Source: Alphaproteobacteria bacterium
GTDB lineage: Bacteria; Pseudomonadota; Alphaproteobacteria; GCA-2731375
Direction: 5' to 3'
DNA length: 64,000 bases
Assembly: GCA_965232515.1 (NCBI GenBank)
Contig: CBDDPY010000002.1
Span: 6,176,001-6,240,000, forward strand
A model generated the notes under the pieces. The model did not search any database. It saw nothing but the letters and a program-made list of their open reading frames with translations, and was not told the origin of the DNA. Of this stretch, positions 8,735-16,561 are shown one piece after another. The stretch's first letter is position 1; each line of letters opens with the position of its first letter. The position numbers were made by a program, and so were the translations under genes.

Positions 8735-8771
8735 TGTAAAATCCTCCGACAATGCGTCGAGATTCTTTACA
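8735..8771. promoter_or_regulatory. Paired enhancer-binding-protein sites (PEP-CTERM-box-like)
   Basis: TGTAAAATCCTCCGACA (8735-8751) and an inverted copy reading TGTAAAGAATCTCGACG (8755-8771), 75 bp upstream of the sigma-54 site. The same motif pair occurs at 58870-58906. Confidence 0.65.
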
Positions 8772-8851
8772 GCTTAGCCAATCCATCCGAAGCAGGATTG
8801 TCCATACGAGGCGTCGTGCGCGTTTGGTTTCGGCGCGCGACCTCGCGTTGG

Positions 8852-9625
8852 TTAGCGGATCTTTCCGTGCAGAGAATGCAGAAGCCGGGCGAGTTCGCTT
8901 TGCCGGCCGGTGCCGGTCTTGTCGAAGATATGTTTGAGATGCGTGCGCGCGGTGCCTGTCGTCACGCCGAGCTTTTCGGCGGCGGAGTCCAGGCGGTCAC
9001 CGCCGGCCAGCCGGGCGGCTACCTGACTTTCGGCCGGCGTCAGGCCGAACAGCGTTTCGAGGTCTGCGGCCGGCAACGACATCGGTCGATCCGGATCGGC
9101 GACAAACACGGCCACGATATTGCGATGTCGTTGCGAGGTCGAATTCCCATGACGTAGTGGAAACGCCGCGACCAGGCATGGCCGCTCATGCCGCCGGCGG
9201 TCGATGGCCAGCACGGCGCCCGTCGTGTCGTCGGCGTCGCCTTGTCGATCGTGCGCCCGCTCTATCAGCCGGCTGAGTGCGTTCGCTTGCTCTGAGTTGT
9301 GCACCCGCAAGCGCCCGGCGGCGACGGTCAGTCCATCATCCTCTGCCAAGATGTCGTCCAGATACCGGTTCGACCAGATAACCGTCCCGGCGGCATCGAC
9401 AAGCGCGACGCCGACAGCGACCCGGTTCAATGTCCCAAGCGCGGCATCGGCGAGCGCTTGCGACTGCGCGACGGCTTTGCTGAGCGCATCGATCCGGGCG
9501 GTCAGCGCGTCGCGTCGTTGGGCGTCGATATCGAGGTTGGAAAGGTCGCGACGCATGCCCAACAAGACGTCGAGCAGCATACCCTGTCGGGTTGCAAGGT
9601 CTGTCCCCTCTCCCCTCATGTTCAT
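8852..9625 (-). CDS. PAS-like/LuxR-HTH transcriptional regulator (paralog 2)
   Basis: Close paralog of 7663..8442: WSNRY...DDGL...AGRL, VFVADP, FGLTPAESQVAARLAGG...TARTHLKHIFDKTGTGRQSEL. Confidence 0.9.
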   Translation of the reverse strand: MNMRGEGTDLATRQGMLLDVLLGMRRDLSNLDIDAQRRDALTARIDALSKAVAQSQALADAALGTLNRVAVGVALVDAAGTVIWSNRYLDDILAEDDGLTVAAGRLRVHNSEQANALSRLIERAHDRQGDADDTTGAVLAIDRRRHERPCLVAAFPLRHGNSTSQRHRNIVAVFVADPDRPMSLPAADLETLFGLTPAESQVAARLAGGDRLDSAAEKLGVTTGTARTHLKHIFDKTGTGRQSELARLLHSLHGKIR

Positions 9626-9971
9626 GAAGATCTGGACCTCGGCCCTCAGCTAGGGCTAGCGCAAAATCAAGCCCGTTCAGGTGATCCGAAGTCTGTCAGC
9701 TTGCCGTGACCGTTTTTGTGACTTCGATCACTCTTGGTCGCGCGTTACCAGAATGTCACAGCGCGACGATGTCGAAGATGGATGGGCAGAACACGCTCCT
9801 GATCGCTCGCCCTTCCATATGTGAACACAGTTACGTGTCAGTCTTGCGAAACCTGAAGCGTCGCGGCGGCGCGCGTCGATCGTTTTGACCGCGATCAGAG
9901 TTCGTTTCGTTTGCGATGCTGCGCCCCGCGAACCCACAGACGCCGCCGGATGTCCGGTTGCAGGTTTGGCT

Positions 9972-9988
9972 TGCCCCATTTGGGGGAC
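9972..9988. promoter_or_regulatory. Candidate LuxR-HTH operator upstream of the acyltransferase
   Basis: TGCCCCATTTGGGGGAC; same core as 7022-7037 (reverse complement) and 7138-7155. Confidence 0.45.
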
Positions 9989-10150
9989 GACTCCGCCAGT
10001 TGCACATGATCAGTTTGGATGCTCGGAAATCTGCCGGCTGGCGTCGAATGTCGGCTTGCCGGCGACAGGAGGCGTTGCCACGACCGGGGGAGGAACGGGG
10101 CACCGGATGCGCAACGGCATCAATACGAATAAGAACGACAGGAGGTTCAG

Positions 10151-11053
10151 ATGCCCGCTCGCGTGCCCCAATCCTGTAAAGCCGGTCGCCTGCCCATTCA
10201 GCACGACACGTCGCTTCTACAGGCGTTCGACAGGTTTTTCAGCGTCGTCACGGCCGACACGCCCGACCTGGTGCGGGAGGCGCACCGTTTGCGTCATCAG
10301 GTCTATTGCGTCGAAAACGATTTCGAGCCGCGCGATCGCAATCCGAACGGACTTGAGATCGACGCCTACGACGCCCGGTCGGCGCATAGCCTGCTGTATT
10401 TCGCACCGAGCCGACGGTTTATCGGAACCGTACGGCTGGTGCTGCCCGATGCCCGGCATCCGTATCGGAGCTTTCCGTTCCAGAGCATTTGCGGTGCGCG
10501 GCTTCGTGCCGTGCGCGACGCGGCGGAGGTTTCGCGGTTTTGCATTTCGCGCGAACTGCGACGGCCGCCGATGACGACAGGGATGCGGATCGCCGCGCTG
10601 TCCGGCGCTGGCGGCGCCCCGGCGACCGTCGACGCGGTCGACGAGGGTCGCCGGATCCTGCCTTATGCGGCCATGGGTCTGGTGCGCGGCCTTGTCGAGA
10701 CGAGTATGGCCAATGGGGTCAAGCACTGGTTGGTTTTGGCGGCGCCGACACTGTTGCGATTCCTCGCCGGCTTCGGCATTCACCTTGATCCCGTCGCGCC
10801 CATGGTCGACTTCCATGGCCCGCGCGTGCCCTGTTGTTCGAACCTGCAGCAATTGCTGGAGCTGGCACGGCAAGAACGGCCGGAGATTTGGCGCATACTG
10901 ACCGATGACGGCAGATTGGAGGTTCGCGGCGGTTCGTTCGCGTCGCCGATCAAGTCCAGGCATCGACCGGGGCGCGCGGAGCCGCGGCGCGGGGGCCGAT
11001 GGTGGCCCAGAGAGCGGCCGCCGTCCGTCCGACCTCACAGTCACTACACGTAA
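10151..11053 (+). CDS. PEP-CTERM/exosortase-associated acyltransferase (N-acyl amino acid synthase/LuxI-related GNAT)
   Basis: SD GGAGG; HRLRHQVYCVE, EIDAYDARSAHSLL, IGTVRLV, AEVSRFCISRELRR, VDFHGPRVP. Confidence 0.8.
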   Translation: MPARVPQSCKAGRLPIQHDTSLLQAFDRFFSVVTADTPDLVREAHRLRHQVYCVENDFEPRDRNPNGLEIDAYDARSAHSLLYFAPSRRFIGTVRLVLPDARHPYRSFPFQSICGARLRAVRDAAEVSRFCISRELRRPPMTTGMRIAALSGAGGAPATVDAVDEGRRILPYAAMGLVRGLVETSMANGVKHWLVLAAPTLLRFLAGFGIHLDPVAPMVDFHGPRVPCCSNLQQLLELARQERPEIWRILTDDGRLEVRGGSFASPIKSRHRPGRAEPRRGGRWWPRERPPSVRPHSHYT

Positions 11054-11419
11054 ATGTCACGTCGGACGCCTTGATCTGACACTGGCGAGCGCTCACTTCT
11101 GGGTCGCACGAATGCTCATTATCCCCTAATATTCCCGCGGTTCAGGCGATCTGAATTGGGGGTCGGAAAAGTTGGGGGATGGGCATCGCCCACGATGCCG
11201 AAGCCGTGCTCGGCGATGCTCGCGGATCGTGGTTAGCAACGCTGCGGAATCGCGATCGCCTGTGTGGCCGGTACCAACACGAACGACTCAAAAAGACGAT
11301 TACGGGACGGCGGCGGCGTCTCGACGAGGGCTGCCCGGCAATCCAGTACGCAGGACTTGTGGGCATCGGCGCGTTGAACCTAGGTACTTTTCCGGGCTCA
11401 CGCGTCTTGCGGAGGAATG

Positions 11420-11435
11420 TTAAGGATTTGTTAAC
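11420..11435 (+). promoter_or_regulatory. CtrA-type box
   Basis: TTAA-GGATTTG-TTAAC, an exact TTAA-N7-TTAAC match, about 87 bp upstream of microprotein B. Confidence 0.6.
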
Positions 11436-11521
11436 ACTTTCGGGAATACAGAGTTGGGATGCGCGAAACTGCCGATACTGCTTTCCTGTCGGACAGCCGT
11501 GTCATTGATCGGGACACGGAC

Positions 11522-11713
11522 GTGAGCTCGGACAACGATAAGAAGCAGAAATTCGGGCCGCTCACCGGCGAGGAATGGCTGGAGTTGGACACCTGGGCAT
11601 TCCAGGAACTGCCGCGCCACGCCTACGATATGTTCAGGAAAGTCGTCGAGAGCCACAACGTGCCGATCGATCATTGGCACGACGACAAGAAGCCGGACGC
11701 GCCGGACGGCTGA
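11522..11713 (+). CDS. 63-aa microprotein B (paralog of 7417..7608)
   Basis: GTG start; GPLTGEEWLELDTWAFQELPRHAY core shared with paralog A. Stop lies 5 bp from the stop of regulator paralog 3. Confidence 0.75.
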   Translation: MSSDNDKKQKFGPLTGEEWLELDTWAFQELPRHAYDMFRKVVESHNVPIDHWHDDKKPDAPDG

Positions 11714-11718
11714 TCCCG

Positions 11719-12507
11719 TCAGGACCTGTCGTCGGATTCCGACCGGTTCCAAAGAAGTTTGCCGAGCAACGCGCGGAGCAGGCGACTCAGCTCCCCCTGT
11801 CGGCCGGTACTGGTTTTCTGAAAGATATGCTTGAGATGGGTGCGCGCGGTTCCCGTGGCGACGCCCAATTCCGCAGCCGCGAGATCGAGGCGTTTGCCGG
11901 CGGCAAGGCGTGCGGCGAGCTCGCTTTCGGAATGCGTCAAATCGAACAACGAGGCGATGTGGCCGGCGTCGAGACGCTCGTCGCGTTGCGGGTCGGTGAC
12001 GAACACGGCGACATAATGCGCTGCGGCCGGCGCCGGCTGGTCCAGCGATCGCACGGCGGCATGATAAGAGCGCCTTCCCGATGGTCGCGCCAGCGTAATC
12101 ACGCCGGTCGCCATCTCTCCGTCACCGCAGCGATCGCCGATTTCCCTGATTCGTCGGTGCAGATCCAATGACTGCTTGCGGGTCGACGCACGCAGTTCGC
12201 CGCCGATAATTGACAGGCCGTCAGCCTCAGTCAGTATCTCGCTGCAATAGCGGTTGGCCCAGACGACATGGCAGCCCGGATCGACAACGGCGACGCCGAT
12301 CGACAGCTGATCGAGCGCGGCGAAGCCGGCGAGCGCGAGGTCTTCCGTCGGATTGTCGCCGCGTGCGAATTCAGATTGGCCGGGCGTGGCGGCATGATCG
12401 GTATCCGCATATGACAGCCTGGCCGAACCGCGGTCAGGCGGCCGCCGAGAGCGTGCTAAGCGACCAGAGTTCTCCGTAACGTCCGCCGCGCTATTCTTCT
12501 TGCTCAT
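11719..12507 (-). CDS. PAS-like/LuxR-HTH transcriptional regulator (paralog 3)
   Basis: ALDQLSIGVAVVD...WANR; FDLTHSESELAARLAAG...GVATGTARTHLKHIFQKTSTGRQGEL. ATG at 12507 with a GAGG SD. Confidence 0.88.
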   Translation of the reverse strand: MSKKNSAADVTENSGRLARSRRPPDRGSARLSYADTDHAATPGQSEFARGDNPTEDLALAGFAALDQLSIGVAVVDPGCHVVWANRYCSEILTEADGLSIIGGELRASTRKQSLDLHRRIREIGDRCGDGEMATGVITLARPSGRRSYHAAVRSLDQPAPAAAHYVAVFVTDPQRDERLDAGHIASLFDLTHSESELAARLAAGKRLDLAAAELGVATGTARTHLKHIFQKTSTGRQGELSRLLRALLGKLLWNRSESDDRS

Positions 12508-12844
12508 GGGTCCTCGGCCTCCCTGCCCCTGGAGACGGGCTCGAAACCCCAACAAGATCACCGAAGCGAGTTATGGCCGCTGTCGGTGTATCGGCTCTGA
12601 AAACATCAACGCACCGAGCTTGCACCAAGCGGCGGATTGGTGCGTCATTCGATCGGTGGGCCGTCTACGCGTCGCTGCCGATGCTAACCGGTCGCTCTCT
12701 TGCCCAACCGCGGCCGATCGAATGAAAACCGAAAGATCAATATAACGAGTTTCTTATCGACGGTCGACAACTTCGCCGGCCGCGCGTTTTGCCCCGTGCC
12801 GATGTCGTATTGAACAGTGTGCATGTTCGTCGGCGGATCTGGAA

Positions 12845-13564
12845 ATGGATGGCGACATGGGATCGGGTCGTTTCAAAACCATCGTCAACCTGGCGGCCAT
12901 ATTGGGGTTGCTGGCGGCCTGTTCGAAAGACGACGCGAATCCGGTAACGGCCGACGGCGCCGGCGACGAGATTAGCGTGATGGATTTCACCGAACCGTTC
13001 CCGCTCGACCCGCCGCCCGAAGGTTGGCGCCACCGGACCTTCTGGACCCGGCCGGCCATGGAAATCGGGTTCGCCGACAAGGACGGCGTCAAGGCGTTGC
13101 GCTGCGAGACGGATGGCAGCGGCTCGATCTTCGGCCGCAACACCGACGTCGCACTCGCGGACTATCCGCTGCTGGCCTGGCGCTGGCATGTGGAACTGCC
13201 GATCGACAGCGATCTCGATGAAGCGACCGAAGCCGGCGACGACCACCCGGCGCGCCTGTTCATTCGCATCGACGACGGGGCGGGCGAGGAACGCTACCTC
13301 GAGATTATTTGGAGCAACCGGAAGTACGCGCCTGGCGACTACAAGTATATCGGCGACTTTCCGCACTATGTGGCCAACGGACACGACGAAAACGCCGGCC
13401 GCTGGCATGACGAGCAGGTCGATCTGCTGGCGATCTATCGGACGATCACCAAGCGTGACGACGCGCCGCGGGTGAAGCTGATCGCCATTTTCTGCGACAG
13501 CGACGATACCGGCAGCCGCAGCATCGCCTATTTCGCCGACGTGCGCCTGCGGCGCGCGGATTAA
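12845..13564 (+). CDS. DUF3047-like lipoprotein
   Basis: Lipobox LAAC; YPLLAWRWHVE, GDDHPARLFI, IAIFCDSDDTG...AYFADV. Confidence 0.75.
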   Translation: MDGDMGSGRFKTIVNLAAILGLLAACSKDDANPVTADGAGDEISVMDFTEPFPLDPPPEGWRHRTFWTRPAMEIGFADKDGVKALRCETDGSGSIFGRNTDVALADYPLLAWRWHVELPIDSDLDEATEAGDDHPARLFIRIDDGAGEERYLEIIWSNRKYAPGDYKYIGDFPHYVANGHDENAGRWHDEQVDLLAIYRTITKRDDAPRVKLIAIFCDSDDTGSRSIAYFADVRLRRAD

Positions 13565-13634
13565 GGGAATGTTGAGGCTGGCCGGCTAGGCTTTCCGGCT
13601 CTTCCAGACGATCGACGAGAACGGGAAACGTCCG

Positions 13635-14093
13635 ATGGAACTTGCCGTCGCGCGCGGCCGGATCTCCGGCCCCGTCGCCATCCTTGCGCTGATCGGATTG
13701 CTGCTGACCGGGGCTGCTTACGCCGCCGGTTTCATCAACACGTTGGGCTACGAGAGCCGCCATGCAACGTTTTCCGGCTTCGCCAGCGGGACGCGTTCCG
13801 GAACCAGCGTCGGCCTGAAGCACATGCTGTTCTTCGAAGGGCAGACATTCTATGCGGCCTATGATGCCGAGGTGCGGCAGGGCTCGCTCCGGATCGGCAT
13901 TCTGGAGACCTTCGGGCCGATCGGCGACAAGCCGCATTTCGTCGAGAGCGTCACCGGCAACAGCCGTGGCGAGGTCGTCTACCGCATTCCCAAGACCAGC
14001 GTGTACTCGATTTATTTCGAGGGGTCTGTTCTGGGCGGTGACACGGGCCGTGGCTACGACGTCAGCTACACGGTGCGTTGGGGCGCGCGGTAG
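13635..14093 (+). CDS. Hypothetical membrane-anchored beta-rich protein (tandem paralog 1)
   Basis: N-terminal hydrophobic segment; shares NTLGYE, FFEGQTF, GRGEV/SRGEV, YF.GSVLG and DV.Y.VRWG.R with the next gene. Confidence 0.75.
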   Translation: MELAVARGRISGPVAILALIGLLLTGAAYAAGFINTLGYESRHATFSGFASGTRSGTSVGLKHMLFFEGQTFYAAYDAEVRQGSLRIGILETFGPIGDKPHFVESVTGNSRGEVVYRIPKTSVYSIYFEGSVLGGDTGRGYDVSYTVRWGAR

Positions 14094-14112
14094 CACGCCA
14101 GTCCGAACGCCG

Positions 14113-14574
14113 ATGCAGGAAGCGACGAGGCCACAACGGCGCAACGCGTCTATCGCGATGTTCGCCATCCCGCTTGTCTTGGTGCTGATGTGGACCGGCT
14201 ACGCGACGGGCTGGCTGAACACGCTGGGATATGAATACCGGCACGACAGGCTGAGCGGCTTCATGGGCGGCGGCGGCCAGGGCGGCAGCTTCGGCGTGAA
14301 CGATTTCTACTTCTTTGAAGGCCAGACATTCTTCGCGCAGTACGACGTCGAGGTGCGCCGGGGCGCGCTGGCGATCGGCATTTTCAAGCTGATCGACAAC
14401 CCGGACGACCGGATCCACTTTGTCCGTCACATAAAGGACAGCGGCCGCGGCGAGGTAACGTTCCGGATTCCCGAGACCGGTTTTTATACGATGTATTTCG
14501 ACGGATCGGTCCTGGGCCACAAATCGCGCCCGGGCATGGACGTCACCTACTCCGTGCGCTGGGGCGTGCGGTAG
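14113..14574 (+). CDS. Hypothetical membrane-anchored beta-rich protein (tandem paralog 2)
   Basis: ATG at 14113 in the 13852 ORF frame; collinear with 13635..14093. Confidence 0.75.
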   Translation: MQEATRPQRRNASIAMFAIPLVLVLMWTGYATGWLNTLGYEYRHDRLSGFMGGGGQGGSFGVNDFYFFEGQTFFAQYDVEVRRGALAIGIFKLIDNPDDRIHFVRHIKDSGRGEVTFRIPETGFYTMYFDGSVLGHKSRPGMDVTYSVRWGVR

Positions 14575-14586
14575 CGCGACGCCCGC

Positions 14587-15627
14587 TCATGCCGGCTTGA
14601 GCGCGACCAGCATGGTGAAGAGCCCGCCGATCTGTTGGCGGGCGACCTCTTCGAGGCCGGCGCTGGCGAACAGCTCGTGCTGCTCTTCCCGAGTCGGGAC
14701 GACATTGCCCCAGACGAGCTCGTTGAACTGGGTCTGCACGGCGAAGGCAAAGGCCGGATCTCGCAGATCCTCGAGATTGGACGGGTAGGTCTCGTCCAGG
14801 ATGAAGAGCGCGCCGCCGGGTTTTAGCGTCCGCGCCACCGAACCGATTACGGCCGGCCGCTTGCTCTGCTCGATTTCGTGCAGGACCTCGAACATGACGG
14901 CGAGGTCGAATGCAGCCGTGCCACCAAGATCGTCGCCGCCTTGAAGCTCGGCACTGACGCGGTCCTCGAGGGCCGCGAGCGCGATGTTCTGCTTCGCCTG
15001 CTCGATGCCGTGCGGGTCGATGTCGACGCCGTGGCAGCGGACGTTCGGCCAGGCTTGCGCGATCTTGATCATCAGGCCGCCGACGCCACAGCCTACATCG
15101 AGCACATCGGCGCCGCGCTCAAGCCGTTCCTTCATGCCCGGAATGCCGGCGATCATCTTGCGGGCGACGACGTTATGGAAGCCGGCCGTGGTGTCGCCGA
15201 CATGGCGGGAGAAGTCGTGGCCCTTTTCCTGGAACCGGCTGACGGCGCCGGTGCGGAAGAACTCGGGATAGGCCCGCAGTTCGTCCGAACCGAAGTTCAC
15301 CGTCGTGCGGAAGTAGGGGGCCAGATGCCGCGGGTCGCCGGCATCGACCAGCAGGGCATCCATGGTCGGCGCCAAACGATAACGGCCGTCGTCGGCCGCC
15401 TCCAGGACACCATAGTGATGGCCGGTCTGACACCAGACATCGACGTAGGGCGGGTGCAGGCCGAGTTCGCCGGCAAGCGCTTCCGGCGCAGCGCCGGCAT
15501 CGCCCGCCGCGTGAATTCTTTCGAGCAGGCCGGTCTCCGTGCCGATGGCGATGTGGTGCACGGCGTGAAAGCCTTTGAGATAGGTCCAGAGCAGCGCCGT
15601 CTGCGATTCCGGCGTGGTCTCGGTCAT
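14587..15627 (-). CDS. Class I SAM-dependent methyltransferase with N-terminal winged-helix/dimerisation region
   Basis: VLDVGCGVG, HGVDID, FEVLHE, LKPGG. Confidence 0.85.
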   Translation of the reverse strand: MTETTPESQTALLWTYLKGFHAVHHIAIGTETGLLERIHAAGDAGAAPEALAGELGLHPPYVDVWCQTGHHYGVLEAADDGRYRLAPTMDALLVDAGDPRHLAPYFRTTVNFGSDELRAYPEFFRTGAVSRFQEKGHDFSRHVGDTTAGFHNVVARKMIAGIPGMKERLERGADVLDVGCGVGGLMIKIAQAWPNVRCHGVDIDPHGIEQAKQNIALAALEDRVSAELQGGDDLGGTAAFDLAVMFEVLHEIEQSKRPAVIGSVARTLKPGGALFILDETYPSNLEDLRDPAFAFAVQTQFNELVWGNVVPTREEQHELFASAGLEEVARQQIGGLFTMLVALKPA

Positions 15628-15652
15628 CGCTGCGTCTCCTGTGGCCGGATTG

Positions 15653-16492
15653 CTACCCCATGGCGTCGAAGGCCGTGCGCAGACCGGCGAGGCCCTGCTG
15701 CAACGCGGTCCACTGCCGGCCGCCGATCATGCCGCCATCGACGACAATGTCGCGGCCGTTGATGAAGCTCGCTTCGTCGCTGGCCAGGAACACCGCCGCG
15801 TGCGCGATGTCGTCCGGCAGGCCGGCCCGCTTGATCGGCTGCATGGAGGCGAAGGCCTGCTTGACGACGTCGGCGGTCTGTTCGGCCTTGTCGTCGTCGA
15901 GGCCGAGCGCTTTGCCGAAGATGCCGGTGGCGATGGCGCCCGGGGAGATCGAGTTCACCCGCACGCCGCTTTCGCCGAGCTCCATGGCGACGCAGCGCGA
16001 CAGATGCACGACGGCGGCCTTGGCGGCGGAATAGATCATTGACGACGACCAGCCGGCCTGGTGCGCGGCGATGCTGCCGTTGTTGATGATCGATCCCGCG
16101 CCCTGCGCCTTCATTACCGGGGCGACATGCTTCATGCCGTGAACGACGCCGGCGACCAGAACGTCCATGGCGCGGTGATAGAAATCCATGTCGACGTCGG
16201 CGATCGAGCCCGTCGGCGCCGGCCCGCCGGCATTGTTGAACAGCACGTCGATGCGGCCGTGCGCGTCGGCCGTGCGCTTGATCAGCCCGGCGACCTCGGC
16301 CTCGACCGTGACGTCGACCTTCTCGAACGCCGCCTTGCCGCCCAGCCGCTCGGCCAGCGCCTGTCCCAGTTCTTCGCGTCGGCCGCAGAAGACGACCGTC
16401 GCGCCCTCGTCGACGAAGATCTCGACGGTGCGTGCGCCGATGCCGCTGGTGCTGCCGGTGACGATGGCAATCTTGCCGTCCAGCCGTCCCAT
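15653..16492 (-). CDS. Short-chain dehydrogenase/reductase
   Basis: TGSTSGIG, NNAG, YSAAK, VRVNSISPG. Confidence 0.92.
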   Translation of the reverse strand: MGRLDGKIAIVTGSTSGIGARTVEIFVDEGATVVFCGRREELGQALAERLGGKAAFEKVDVTVEAEVAGLIKRTADAHGRIDVLFNNAGGPAPTGSIADVDMDFYHRAMDVLVAGVVHGMKHVAPVMKAQGAGSIINNGSIAAHQAGWSSSMIYSAAKAAVVHLSRCVAMELGESGVRVNSISPGAIATGIFGKALGLDDDKAEQTADVVKQAFASMQPIKRAGLPDDIAHAAVFLASDEASFINGRDIVVDGGMIGGRQWTALQQGLAGLRTAFDAMG

Positions 16493-16561
16493 GTCCTTCC
16501 TCCCGTCATATCTGCGGGCACATGTCGGCCCTGATGGCAGATAGTAGTACGGGTTATCCGG

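Noticed and set aside
10151-11053. Calling the acyltransferase luxI and the regulators canonical AHL receptors
   Set aside because: The motifs fit the exosortase-associated/NAS family better, and the regulators have a PAS-like segment rather than a recognisable autoinducer-binding domain.
7618-12171. Three similar plus-strand ORFs (7618, 8711, 11575) that look like a paralog family
   Set aside because: They are antisense mirrors of the conserved HTH regions of the three regulators.
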